Of a stretch of DNA of 64,000 nt, positions 39,402 to 48,738 are shown piece by piece. Within the stretch, counting starts at the first letter, position 1, and each line of letters opens with the position of its first letter. The notes under the pieces were generated by a model. It worked only from the letters and a program-made list of their open reading frames with translations. It was not told the origin of the DNA and searched no databases. The stretch is from positions 186,001 to 250,000 of IMG/VR virus record IMGVR_UViG_3300027708_000012; one strand, written 5' to 3'. The position numbers and the translations under genes were made by a program.

Positions 39402-40112
39402 TTATCTAATATAAGTGTCATCTTTTAATGATTGTATAAAACTTTTAAGCTCTACAGCGTTAGCTACTTTATCCCATAGCTGTTCAGTTTTTCTCTTTTT
39501 TAGTTGATCATTTATTTTCCCGCGATATATTGGACGTTGTATGTATTCAAATAGTTCTGCTACTATATTTTCATAGTGTATAGTAGTGTAAGTTATATCT
39601 AGCGATTTCAACCAATTATCAAAATTCTTATTTTGTTCGTATAACCAAGCCATTTCTTCAAAGTGATGTATTTCTAAATCATCGGGTAAGTCAGATGCTG
39701 TAAATTCGTGCCACACACCTGTGGATAATGCTAGTCCGTAACTTAGTATTTGAGCTTCTATATCTTGTCTTTTTAACACTACAAATTCTATATTACATTT
39801 TTCTATTCTTTTAATAATTTCTTTATGATTAGGGATATTACTGTAAGGAAAAAATCTTACCACAAGTGATTGATTTTTGTCACCATTCTCTAATGCTAAT
39901 AGCACATTTTCAACACGTTCTTCTATAGAAATTGAGCTAGTATCATCGTAATAGTTAAGAGTGTTATCATCGTTTATTTTTACTCTAGTTTCTAAATTAT
40001 GAGTAAATGGCTCGTATAGGTTTGCCATGTTACGAGTTGAACTTTCAAGCAGTGTGGCCAGTAATTGACTACCACTACGCGGTAACCCTAAAATGCAAAA
40101 TCTCTTTTTCAT
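39402..40112 (-). CDS. Sulfotransferase-like protein (Stf0/P-loop type)
   Basis: ILGLPRSGSQLL 5'-PSB loop, LYEPF, LKRQDIEAQILS, IHYE. Confidence 0.7.
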   Translation of the reverse strand: MKKRFCILGLPRSGSQLLATLLESSTRNMANLYEPFTHNLETRVKINDDNTLNYYDDTSSISIEERVENVLLALENGDKNQSLVVRFFPYSNIPNHKEIIKRIEKCNIEFVVLKRQDIEAQILSYGLALSTGVWHEFTASDLPDDLEIHHFEEMAWLYEQNKNFDNWLKSLDITYTTIHYENIVAELFEYIQRPIYRGKINDQLKKRKTEQLWDKVANAVELKSFIQSLKDDTYIR

Positions 40113-41059
40113 TACTTTTCCTTAGTACTCATAATATCAAAATTACAATGACACATATTTTTGCTACACACTATTGGCTCAGTTGGGAGAGTTAAATCTA
40201 CGTCGTTTATTTTACCAACAGCACCACCCTCTTTACACCATCCTCGATAAATTGAACCATCCATATCAACAATCAATTGCTCAATACCAGCATAGCATTT
40301 CCAGCCAGACCAGTCATTGATTTTTTCGCTAATGAACCTATGCGCACTTGATACTTGGCTAGTACCGTCAGGATATACTACACGCATAGCACCTCTGTAA
40401 TAATCAAATGTCTTGGTAAATTTAATATGTTTACTGATTAATTCGTGTTGCTTATCAAATATTCTCTTTTGAAAATCATTATAATCATAGAGTGTATCAC
40501 CAAAGTCGTGGATCAATGGCTGCAAGGCCATACTAATATTGCCTAAATTTTTAATTTTATTTGCTACAGCATAACAATGATCAAACTTTTCAGGACTCAT
40601 CATTATGTTAACGTGAGTGCGTACATCGTTGTTTAATAATTTAACTACGTCAATAAAGTGTTTATCGTCAGCATGCTCTGGATGAAAGCTAAGACATACA
40701 TGATCAAAGTATTGTTTATTTTCTTCCCAGTATCTTAGTGTGCGTGATCCATTACTGATTAAACCAACTTTGACACCCATCTCAGAACAAAATTGACAAA
40801 TTTCAATAAAATGTTTATACATTGTGACTTCACCACCAGTGAATTCAAAATATATTTTTTTATGAAAATATTGATCTTTTACACGAGCAATGAAATTTTT
40901 AATTACGCTAGGATCAGGCCAATACTTTGATCCATCGTGCAGTGCTGAAGGACAATACGAGCAACTATAGTTACAGGTATTGCCCAAGCACCAATTGACT
41001 ACAAACCAATCTTCGTGCGAATTGTTTGAATGTTCTAACCGTATATATTTGTGTTCCAT
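40112..41059 (-). CDS. Radical SAM protein with C-terminal SPASM/twitch-like domain
   Basis: CNYSCSYC, FTGGEVT, ISNGSR; C-terminal WKCYAG...C...C...CHC. Confidence 0.88.
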   Translation of the reverse strand: MEHKYIRLEHSNNSHEDWFVVNWCLGNTCNYSCSYCPSALHDGSKYWPDPSVIKNFIARVKDQYFHKKIYFEFTGGEVTMYKHFIEICQFCSEMGVKVGLISNGSRTLRYWEENKQYFDHVCLSFHPEHADDKHFIDVVKLLNNDVRTHVNIMMSPEKFDHCYAVANKIKNLGNISMALQPLIHDFGDTLYDYNDFQKRIFDKQHELISKHIKFTKTFDYYRGAMRVVYPDGTSQVSSAHRFISEKINDWSGWKCYAGIEQLIVDMDGSIYRGWCKEGGAVGKINDVDLTLPTEPIVCSKNMCHCNFDIMSTKEK

Positions 41060-41086
41060 GGAAAACCTTATAATATACTAGTTATC

Positions 41087-41926
41087 TCAAGTCCATAGTG
41101 CGTCTCTAATTTTAATAAGTCGAATCATCATATCGGTATCTTCTTTTTCATATGCCGCTTCAATCTTTTGAAGCAACTTATGCGCCTTGTCGCTAGCCTT
41201 TTTAACAGCAGGATCTTTTTCCTGCCCCCAATTTAGCTTGCCACCATTGGCAATACGACTTGCTTCACAGGCCGCAGTCCAACCACTGGCTTCGTATGGA
41301 TCGGGTCGGTTACGATAGGTCACAGTCCACCAATTGTAAAGTTCTTTGATTTCCTTGGCACGTAGTGCTTGACCAGTTGGTTTGCCATAGTCAGGATGTT
41401 CGGGCCCACACCAGTCGTTATTAGTTAGTGTCATGGCCCAGTCTAAGTGATCAAGGCCTGCTTGCGGACAACGCCATGTACGCCAGCGGAACCAACCTGT
41501 GGCCCAGAATGGTGCATTATATTTGGCTTTATCTTTTTCATCACCCCAGGCAATGTGACTCCATGCTTGTTCTACTTCAACAAAGTCAACAAGTTCATTA
41601 AACAAACATGGCAAGAATCGATTCCCAACATCGCACCAGTTGCCAGGACGAATATCGCGAACATGAGCAGTAAGACTATGAGTCCGAGTAACCCACCGAT
41701 TATTAATATAATACTTGATATCATAGAGTTTCCTTACAGGCCAAGTTACAAAATCTTGTAGATGGCCGAGCCCTTCTTCTGCTAGCCAGTAACGGAAATT
41801 GTGTTTCATTTGAGCTGTGGTTGTCCAGTCGTCCCATTCTTCGGCTGTTCCTGCACTCAATTTCTTAGTACCTCGGATCCAGTCTGCGAAAGGAGTACAA
41901 CTCCAGTAGTTAGTGTGATGTGCCAT
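41087..41926 (-). CDS. Trp-rich hypothetical phage protein
   Basis: Long ORF; likely start MAHHTNYW. Confidence 0.75.
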   Translation of the reverse strand: MAHHTNYWSCTPFADWIRGTKKLSAGTAEEWDDWTTTAQMKHNFRYWLAEEGLGHLQDFVTWPVRKLYDIKYYINNRWVTRTHSLTAHVRDIRPGNWCDVGNRFLPCLFNELVDFVEVEQAWSHIAWGDEKDKAKYNAPFWATGWFRWRTWRCPQAGLDHLDWAMTLTNNDWCGPEHPDYGKPTGQALRAKEIKELYNWWTVTYRNRPDPYEASGWTAACEASRIANGGKLNWGQEKDPAVKKASDKAHKLLQKIEAAYEKEDTDMMIRLIKIRDALWT

Positions 41927-41927
41927 T

Positions 41928-42674
41928 TTATTTTTTAAACCCAAACGGGCATTTACTTTCGTATTTGTTTATGAGATTCTTTGTCGTTCCGTACTTATTA
42001 AGAAACGACGTAGGAATTAAACGCTCTCTTTTGTTCATAAACTCTTCTTCGCTGAGTTTATGCACATGTACTTTTACACTCCTATCATCCATTGGTACAA
42101 TATTAACCATAGGAGTTCCTTCTTTAATCAAAAGATTTTCTCGAAGATTTTGAAAACTAAAAAACATGTTAATATCAGTTGTGGAATTATATTTGTAATT
42201 AACTACACCTGGGGGTATGATAAAATTTCCCGGATTTCTAAATCCCCATGTATTCTGAACCCACATCCAGTTGATATTTTCCTTGCATTCAATTAACCAC
42301 GGAGTTTGAATTTTTAAATGTGAATATTCATTCGGGTTTAAATAGCCTTCCATCTGTCTAAAGGCATGATGGCCAGCGGCTGATATACCATCAGCAAACT
42401 GTAAACCAAACTGGCGATTAACCGTCAATCCAATCGCCATCTCACTCCATAAAGGAATGGTAATTCCGTTGTTAAAAAACTGATTAAATCCTGTACAACC
42501 TTTAATAGTTGACTGTGGGAATATACCCGACTCATCTGGATAGCTTTTATCCAACACCTTCCACCAATCGGGGAAAAATTTGTTAGTATTATCAATCGGA
42601 TAAAAGTCGTGAACATACTGTCTGCCGGTAAAGCAGTCTACATTAATAGTATTAGACTTAAACCAAAACATCAT
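41928..42674 (-). CDS. Hypothetical protein (beta-rich)
   Basis: 248-aa ORF coupled to neighbours. Confidence 0.7.
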   Translation of the reverse strand: MMFWFKSNTINVDCFTGRQYVHDFYPIDNTNKFFPDWWKVLDKSYPDESGIFPQSTIKGCTGFNQFFNNGITIPLWSEMAIGLTVNRQFGLQFADGISAAGHHAFRQMEGYLNPNEYSHLKIQTPWLIECKENINWMWVQNTWGFRNPGNFIIPPGVVNYKYNSTTDINMFFSFQNLRENLLIKEGTPMVNIVPMDDRSVKVHVHKLSEEEFMNKRERLIPTSFLNKYGTTKNLINKYESKCPFGFKK

Positions 42675-43036
42675 TTAACAAACGATTTTAAATCAGGCGG
42701 AGTCCAGCCTACAGGTTTTAATACCTTACCGTCCTCACGTTTACGAACTTTACCAGTATCTTTATCAATCTTGGCAAAATTTGTTTTCATAACTTCTTTC
42801 CAAGCACCTTCGGCATCAAAACCCGCACTATGTATAGCACCAATAGTAACGACTAAAATATCAATAAGTGCATCTAATTCTTCTACAGCATCGCGAGTTG
42901 CAAATGCAACACTATGCTCTTCCATTTCTTCTTTAATTAAATTAAGATACAATTTGTATTGATCTTCGTTGTGTGTGCCTACTGTCTGATCGCAGGCCCG
43001 CATAAATTTTTCTTGATCTCTAAAAGGGTTTGTCAT
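42671..43036 (-). CDS. MazG-like NTP pyrophosphohydrolase
   Basis: LIKEEMEE, EELDALIDILVV, VMKTNFAK, REDGKVLKP. Confidence 0.85.
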   Translation of the reverse strand: MTNPFRDQEKFMRACDQTVGTHNEDQYKLYLNLIKEEMEEHSVAFATRDAVEELDALIDILVVTIGAIHSAGFDAEGAWKEVMKTNFAKIDKDTGKVRKREDGKVLKPVGWTPPDLKSFVK

Positions 43037-43257
43037 CTCATTGCATCCATTGTTAGTTCTTTTCCATATACATGGGCCACTGGTTTAATCCAACCATGAT
43101 TAATACATTCTAAAATAAGATCTTTATAATTTTCTGGACAGCGATTACTTATTTCAAATCCTGCTCTTGGACAAGTTACAAATCCATCAGTTAGTGTAAA
43201 CTTAGGATCACTTTGTCGTATAGTTCTAATATTGGTTGTTTTGCTAGTTATTTGCAT
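43033..43257 (-). CDS. Hypothetical protein
   Basis: 74-aa ORF in operon. Confidence 0.65.
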   Translation of the reverse strand: MQITSKTTNIRTIRQSDPKFTLTDGFVTCPRAGFEISNRCPENYKDLILECINHGWIKPVAHVYGKELTMDAMR

Positions 43258-43461
43258 TCAGGCCATCCTGTCTATATTTTGTCCTACGGCACAGTTCATT
43301 CGTCGTGCCATCTCAATGCGCTTTTGTTCGTTAACTTCTTTGTCGTACTTGATTCGTCGTTCTTCTAAAACTAATTCTTCGTGACGCTTGTCTATTTTTC
43401 TAATTTCAGATTGCTGATACAATTTGAGATTTTGTGCTGTAACACTAGTAATTGCTGTCAT
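43258..43461 (-). CDS. Hypothetical coiled-coil protein
   Basis: 67-aa ORF overlapping the ligase stop. Confidence 0.6.
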   Translation of the reverse strand: MTAITSVTAQNLKLYQQSEIRKIDKRHEELVLEERRIKYDKEVNEQKRIEMARRMNCAVGQNIDRMA

Positions 43462-44783
43462 AACTTTTCTCCAATTTCAAAACCTCTAAAACCCTTAAAT
43501 CTTGGAAAACGTAAACTATATGTACCGTCTTGGTTTTGTGTAATAGCATCCGCTCTTACTTCGACAATGTTTCCAAGCACGTTTGCACGGTTATTCCAAT
43601 AATCATCACGATTACTATCAGTAAAACCGGATCCAACGTTGACACGTATTGCTTTACCGTCATCAACACCTTCGCACACAAATGCACCAAGTTTACCAAT
43701 ATTTTTTCCTGTACCTTCTTCAACATTTACAACCTCCAATGATACTTCAATGAAAGGCTTCAACTTCAGCCATGCAACACTACGTTTACATTCATAAGGA
43801 GCTTCTGGATCTTTAATCATAATGCCTTCGTACCCACCAAGTACAGCTTGTTGATTAATTTCTTTAAATCTTGCATATCCTTCTGGTGTTTCCAAATCAA
43901 CAAGTTCGTTGGCAACATAAGTTACATTAGGCAACATGTCTTGATTCTGCTCAACCCAAAACTTAACCATGCTACTGCGAGTAGTTTGATCTTTGTTGTA
44001 GATACCTTTCTCAAAATCTTCTAATGGCAACACATCAAACAAGTTAAGCACGGCATCTCCTGCTTCTATATTGTCCTTACGGTGTACTTGCTTCATCAAA
44101 TCTTGAAAACTACTAGACATAATTTCTCCATCTAGCACTAAGTCCATACTTTTACTGGAGCCTTTTAGTTGGACCACGTTTGAAATTTGTTGTGCTATGT
44201 GAGGGAAATTAGCAAGTTCTTTACCATTGCGACTGAACATGTCCACCCGACCATCAGCACGAACGATAGTGATAACACGGACACCGTCAAGTTTAACTTC
44301 GATAAGTTTCTTGCCGGCGACTTTAGTTTCATGATTAGCACTATCATGAGCAAGCTGACAACCAAATACGGGAATAGCATAGTCAGCATATTTCTTCTCC
44401 ACTACTTTGTTAATTGTTTTTTCGCTTACACCACAGCGCAAGTCTTTGATTAAAATTCTACGATACCAACCATTCCATTCTTTTTTGGTAGCTGACTTCA
44501 TCATGGCCTGAATCATATCACGTGCTGTATTGCCGGTGACATTGCGAGTAACAAGGCCAGTAAGAGCGAGAGTAAAACTATCCCAAGGTAAGCCAGGGCC
44601 ATCTTCATCTGTTTTCTCCGGAATTTGTTTAAGTCCAAACGTAATCATTGGATCAAGTGCAAGACGACAACCGTGAAAGAATTCGTCATTTCCTTCTTGG
44701 GCAATAGCTTCAATAATTGCTTCTTTGTTCAAACGACTTGGATGACTTTCTAAAGCCCAGATATGACTTGCGCAAACACTCAT
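43458..44783 (-). CDS. lig: ATP-dependent DNA ligase
   Basis: EVKLDGVR, LDGEI, YEGIMIK, WLKLK, VGSGF, SLRFPRF. Confidence 0.95.
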   Translation of the reverse strand: MSVCASHIWALESHPSRLNKEAIIEAIAQEGNDEFFHGCRLALDPMITFGLKQIPEKTDEDGPGLPWDSFTLALTGLVTRNVTGNTARDMIQAMMKSATKKEWNGWYRRILIKDLRCGVSEKTINKVVEKKYADYAIPVFGCQLAHDSANHETKVAGKKLIEVKLDGVRVITIVRADGRVDMFSRNGKELANFPHIAQQISNVVQLKGSSKSMDLVLDGEIMSSSFQDLMKQVHRKDNIEAGDAVLNLFDVLPLEDFEKGIYNKDQTTRSSMVKFWVEQNQDMLPNVTYVANELVDLETPEGYARFKEINQQAVLGGYEGIMIKDPEAPYECKRSVAWLKLKPFIEVSLEVVNVEEGTGKNIGKLGAFVCEGVDDGKAIRVNVGSGFTDSNRDDYWNNRANVLGNIVEVRADAITQNQDGTYSLRFPRFKGFRGFEIGEKL

Positions 44784-44815
44784 TTTAACTCCAATGATTA
44801 ACTGTACAAGTGTAT

Positions 44816-44844
44816 ATTGTACAGTGTAATTATCAGTATGTCAA
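44816..44844 (-). promoter_or_regulatory. Sigma70-type promoter of the ligase operon
   Basis: TTGACA, 17 nt, TACAAT. Confidence 0.8.
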
Positions 44845-45558
44845 GTGGTTTGTGGTCTTAAATGGCTTGCCGTAGTAGGCATTTTCCAAATTACGCATGA
44901 TCAAATTTCTCATTCTGCGTATGATTGGATGATTGTGATTCCAATCAAATGCTTTCAAATAATCGTTCCAAGTGGAATTTTTATGTCGTCGACATTGATT
45001 TGAATCTAGATAGTAACCTATTGCTGTGGGGTCGTAACCAAATCGATCAATCAACTCGCAGGCACAATTGAAAGCATGGGCACCCATTTCGTCTCGATCC
45101 CCATAGTACTCTTGTTTTTTGCGTTCTTTGGCATATTCAGCTGTGCTTTGGTATCCAGGAATATTTTTGAAATTTCGGCTACGGAACTGACGTTGATGCA
45201 CAATCTCATGTAGTACCACATCGGCAAATCTCACAGCCATGCGCTTAAATCGATGTTGGGTAAGTTTAAGTTTCTTGTCAGCAGGATTGTAATTAAAATT
45301 GACTTCTATAGCAGGCAATTTTTTTCGATCCAAATCGCTGTAATATACTCCTCCCATAAAAACAAAACCTGGAGTGGTAGGTGCATAAATGCACTTTTTC
45401 AGTTTGAGAGGTATATGCGCTTTGACATGTCTAATAATGCGTTTTTGTATTTGGCTGGGGCTCAACTCTTTGCCCACTATTTCACTATTGAGTGAATAGA
45501 ACATAGAGTACAGATTACTGCGGGTTAATTCCGACCAATCAAATGGTAGCTGAGTCAT
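44833..45558 (-). CDS. HExxH (zincin-like) hypothetical protein, paralog A
   Basis: VLHEIVHQRQ ... DRDEMGAHAF. Confidence 0.7.
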   Translation of the reverse strand: MTQLPFDWSELTRSNLYSMFYSLNSEIVGKELSPSQIQKRIIRHVKAHIPLKLKKCIYAPTTPGFVFMGGVYYSDLDRKKLPAIEVNFNYNPADKKLKLTQHRFKRMAVRFADVVLHEIVHQRQFRSRNFKNIPGYQSTAEYAKERKKQEYYGDRDEMGAHAFNCACELIDRFGYDPTAIGYYLDSNQCRRHKNSTWNDYLKAFDWNHNHPIIRRMRNLIMRNLENAYYGKPFKTTNHLTY

Positions 45559-45566
45559 GGCACACT

Positions 45567-45595
45567 CCTAGTAAGTATATTTATAGTATACTAGG
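45567..45595 (-). promoter_or_regulatory. Late promoter in the loop of an RBS-sequestering hairpin
   Basis: CCTAGTA-TAC-TATAAATA-TACT-TACTAGG followed by AG (RBS AGGAG). Confidence 0.7.
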
Positions 45596-45616
45596 GCGTA
45601 CCGTTATATACGCATA

Positions 45617-46207
45617 TTATGGACGTTTTGTTATGATTTCGTCAATCAACCCGTATTCCAAGGCTTCCTGCGCACTCATGTATTTGTCTCGTTCCATGTC
45701 GTATTTGAATTGCTCGTAGGTTTTGCCCTTGCTGTTATGGTTAACATAGATCTGTGTCAAATTCTTCTTCATTTTAAGAATCTCTTCGACTTGGATTTCC
45801 ATGTCTGTAGCCTGCCCACCTGCACCGCCCGAGGGCTGATGAATCATGTGTCGAGCGTTTGGTAGCATTTTACGCTTGCCAGGAGCACCAGCAGTAGCAA
45901 GCAGACTTCCCATACTACAGGCTTGGCCCATGACGACTGTGCAAACATCAGGCTTAATGAATTGCATAGTATCGTAAATAGCCATGCCAGCTGTAACCAC
46001 TCCGCCCGGACTATTGATAAAAAAGGTAATGTCTTCATTTCCTTGACTTTCTAAAAAAAGTAATTGTGCCACTAACAAACTGGAACTATGTTCGTTAACA
46101 TCGGTGTCTAGCATGACAATTCGATCTTTTAGTAAGCGACTGTAAATGTCGTAACTACGTTCTCCGCGAGCTTCTTGCTCAATAACCATTGGTACTAAAT
46201 TTGGCAT
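45617..46207 (-). CDS. clpP: ATP-dependent Clp protease proteolytic subunit
   Basis: [24 protein letters not shown] (Ser), MIHQP (His), MERD (Asp). Confidence 0.96.
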   Translation of the reverse strand: MPNLVPMVIEQEARGERSYDIYSRLLKDRIVMLDTDVNEHSSSLLVAQLLFLESQGNEDITFFINSPGGVVTAGMAIYDTMQFIKPDVCTVVMGQACSMGSLLATAGAPGKRKMLPNARHMIHQPSGGAGGQATDMEIQVEEILKMKKNLTQIYVNHNSKGKTYEQFKYDMERDKYMSAQEALEYGLIDEIITKRP

Positions 46208-46209
46208 CT

Positions 46210-46662
46210 TTATCCTTTAAAATTTGATGTATCGTATGTTTGAGCAAAGATGTCTTTTTTAACTACACCGTAGTCATTTGTACCGTGACGAACAATAACA
46301 TCTTCGCCTGTATTATAGTGTAGCTTCTCTCCCCAGCTGGTGTCAACACTTCCGGAATGATCTGCAAGTTTAGCAATCTTCATAATCTTTTTAGGAGTAC
46401 AAACACCGTGGCCGTGATCATCTTTAAGTTCTTGGAACTTGTGCGGAGGGATTGGGTACTGTTCACCTTTTGGTCCTGTTAAGATATAATAGCCTGCCTT
46501 ATAGTTTACAGGACCTTCGAGTGTTTCAATTTGCCCATCTGAATCAGCAATTTCGTACTTTTCTTTGGCAGGCTTTTTGTAAGTTTCAAAGCCATCATGT
46601 TTGAACCAATTGTCGGTAATACCTTCAATTGATTCTACAATTTTAATAAATTCTCTAATCAT
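46210..46662 (-). CDS. Hypothetical protein (PGDYG-like)
   Basis: [35 protein letters not shown]. Confidence 0.7.
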   Translation of the reverse strand: MIREFIKIVESIEGITDNWFKHDGFETYKKPAKEKYEIADSDGQIETLEGPVNYKAGYYILTGPKGEQYPIPPHKFQELKDDHGHGVCTPKKIMKIAKLADHSGSVDTSWGEKLHYNTGEDVIVRHGTNDYGVVKKDIFAQTYDTSNFKG

Positions 46663-46663
46663 A

Positions 46664-47461
46664 TTAATTACTAATAGTCACCTGGCCAACTACAGCACCA
46701 GGTTTTTGTAGTGCAGCTTCCCGCTTGGCTCGATACTCAGCATTATCTACTGGAAGTAGATTTAGTGTGCCGTTTCCAGTTGGAGTAACTACGCTAACCT
46801 TATCTGACTTAGCGGGAGCAATTTGCTCACTAGGGGATAGTGTTTGCGGTGCAGGAATTGGTGTTACTGTAACTTGGTCTCGATCGAGTTCTTTAAATGC
46901 TTGTTCTTCTCGAGTCAATGCAACTTCTTTTTGTCGTTGTACTTCTTTACCAATTTTCAATACATTGGCATCACCTGTTGGCAACACAATCAATACATAC
47001 GACCGAAAACGATTTCCTTCCGCAATATGTTTGACTTCTCGAACTTCTACGCCAAGTAAGCTGACTTCACGACAGGCTGTGCGAACAGCAAGTTCTGTAT
47101 TGTCGGTACTGGCTTTTTCAGTATCAGTTTTAAAAATCTTAGTACTTTGGCTAGCTGTTCCGCCAGCTGTCATACAAATTTTACCATAAGCATCGGATTT
47201 AGCTTTATGATCGGCCATGGCCATATCGTAGCTTACACCGGTACCGGATGCGTAAACAGCATTGTTGCTTGAAGGCAATTTATACATCCATTCAGGAGCC
47301 TTGCTAATAGCATTATCTACATATTTTTCTTGACGCTGGCGTTCAGCATCTGCTCGGCGTTCGTATGCGTCCGAAGTAGATCCAAAAATCTGTGCGCTAG
47401 CATTGGTGCCAAGAAGTGCAAGGGTTGAAGTCAATACTAGTGTCTTAAAATTATTTTTCAT
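46664..47461 (-). CDS. Exported protein, LPP20-like domain
   Basis: Signal peptide ending NASA; APEWM, VYASGTG. Confidence 0.6.
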   Translation of the reverse strand: MKNNFKTLVLTSTLALLGTNASAQIFGSTSDAYERRADAERQRQEKYVDNAISKAPEWMYKLPSSNNAVYASGTGVSYDMAMADHKAKSDAYGKICMTAGGTASQSTKIFKTDTEKASTDNTELAVRTACREVSLLGVEVREVKHIAEGNRFRSYVLIVLPTGDANVLKIGKEVQRQKEVALTREEQAFKELDRDQVTVTPIPAPQTLSPSEQIAPAKSDKVSVVTPTGNGTLNLLPVDNAEYRAKREAALQKPGAVVGQVTISN

Positions 47462-47462
47462 T

Positions 47463-47609
47463 TTAATTTCCTTTGTTAAGATCCACGGATGGCTTTGAAA
47501 TCTTTTCTTTAGTCCATTCTGCAGACGATTGGAGATCCTTACCTACACCTGCTACTGTTGAGCAAGCGGCAAGACTTGTTACTAAAATCAATGCTACTAC
47601 TGTTTTCAT
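47463..47609 (-). CDS. Entericidin A/B-like lipoprotein, 48 aa (not in ORF track)
   Basis: MKTVVALILVTSLAAC-STVAGVGKDLQS: lipobox LAAC plus the C-x-T-x-x-G-x-G-x-D signature. Confidence 0.75.
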   Translation of the reverse strand: MKTVVALILVTSLAACSTVAGVGKDLQSSAEWTKEKISKPSVDLNKGN

Positions 47610-47734
47610 TTTGCCAACTCCGTACTTTGTGTCTTAACTGTGTCTACACCCTTGTCCAACATTTTAGCAATGCCGGAAAATCCAACTGTTGCTAGAACTA
47701 GTCCAAAGACTGTGCCTAAAATAAATGCCTTCAT
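47606..47734 (-). CDS. Small membrane protein, 42 aa (not in ORF track)
   Basis: MKAFILGTVFGLVLATVGFSGIAK...; ATGA overlap with the next gene. Confidence 0.7.
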   Translation of the reverse strand: MKAFILGTVFGLVLATVGFSGIAKMLDKGVDTVKTQSTELAK

Positions 47735-47761
47735 ATAACCCTCTCTGTGTGTTAAAATTTA

Positions 47762-47790
47762 ATTATAACGTAATGGTACGTTAAAGTCAA
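47762..47790 (-). promoter_or_regulatory. Sigma70-type promoter
   Basis: TTGACT, 17 nt, TATAAT. Confidence 0.82.
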
Positions 47791-47791
47791 C

Positions 47792-48328
47792 CTACCATTT
47801 ATCCACAATTAGCCAATTTGTATCTGAATTATCAACTTGGCAAATTACACCGTTGAAGACTTTTAATTGCCTATCTACAACTAAGTGTTCTTGGAACATA
47901 CGGCAACGACTATTGCGATATGTAAAGTATTTTTTATTTGATCCAAACGGTGCTTCTGTTTCTAAAATTGTATTACCTTTTTTAAGGGTTGCAGGTACCG
48001 TTTCACCTTCTCTACAACTAGTAACACTTTCGGTTTTGAACCGTCCGGGCATATCCATAAGAAGATTCTTACGTGCTCGTTCTCGGGCATAGTAACAAAG
48101 GCTTTCGGGATTTTCCCAACCTTTTTCAGTTTCTCTCAAATGGTATGTTTTACCGTCTACATCCATATCAAATTCTACAGTACATTGGCCCATAATTTTA
48201 GTATCTTTTACTAAATTAGTAATTGGTCCTACTTGGCGTTCGTTTGTCAGTTGACTGGCTACTTTTACATTACATTCTGCCATGGCAAAACTACTAACCA
48301 AACAAGACAATAGTATTAGTGTTTTCAT
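47792..48328 (-). CDS. Exported Cys-containing hypothetical protein
   Basis: Signal peptide MKTLILLSCLVSSFAMA; start moved to 48328. Confidence 0.7.
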   Translation of the reverse strand: MKTLILLSCLVSSFAMAECNVKVASQLTNERQVGPITNLVKDTKIMGQCTVEFDMDVDGKTYHLRETEKGWENPESLCYYARERARKNLLMDMPGRFKTESVTSCREGETVPATLKKGNTILETEAPFGSNKKYFTYRNSRCRMFQEHLVVDRQLKVFNGVICQVDNSDTNWLIVDKW

Positions 48329-48678
48329 GATTGCACACAACTATAGGTATACCACCAAATAGTAGCCTTGAGCCTGCTATTAAAAATACGATCCGATTCT
48401 TCTAATTTTTCAGGATCGGGATTAAAATTCTTTGAACGCTGTAATTTTGTTAGCTCAGCTAATTGTTGATCTTTTTTATCACAACTTACTGGATATTTTT
48501 TTAGATCTTCGTAAGAAATTTCACGAAAATATTCAGTAGTCGGAACTACAGTTGCCGCAGAGTTACTATGATCGAACAATGAGAAAAATGTCCAAATAAT
48601 TAGTAAACCTATCAGGAACCTTAGTACCGGCAAAAATATTGCTAGTATGACACCTGCTGTAATAATAAGTAAAAACAT
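48325..48678 (-). CDS. Membrane-anchored hypothetical protein
   Basis: N-terminal hydrophobic segments. Confidence 0.7.
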   Translation of the reverse strand: MFLLIITAGVILAIFLPVLRFLIGLLIIWTFFSLFDHSNSAATVVPTTEYFREISYEDLKKYPVSCDKKDQQLAELTKLQRSKNFNPDPEKLEESDRIFNSRLKATIWWYTYSCVQS

Positions 48679-48709
48679 ATTTGCCTATCAATGAAGTTTC
48701 ATTAATAGT

Positions 48710-48738
48710 ATTATATGCTCATTACTGATACTTGTCAT
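48710..48738 (-). promoter_or_regulatory. Sigma70-type promoter
   Basis: ATGACA, 17 nt, TATAAT. Confidence 0.65.

Noticed and set aside
30384-41059. Complete 7-deazaguanine DNA-modification system
   Set aside because: Only queD is recognisable. No folE or dpdA is seen, the PP-loop proteins show no QueC zinc motif, and the radical SAMs carry SPASM-like domains unlike QueE. It may exist outside the window.
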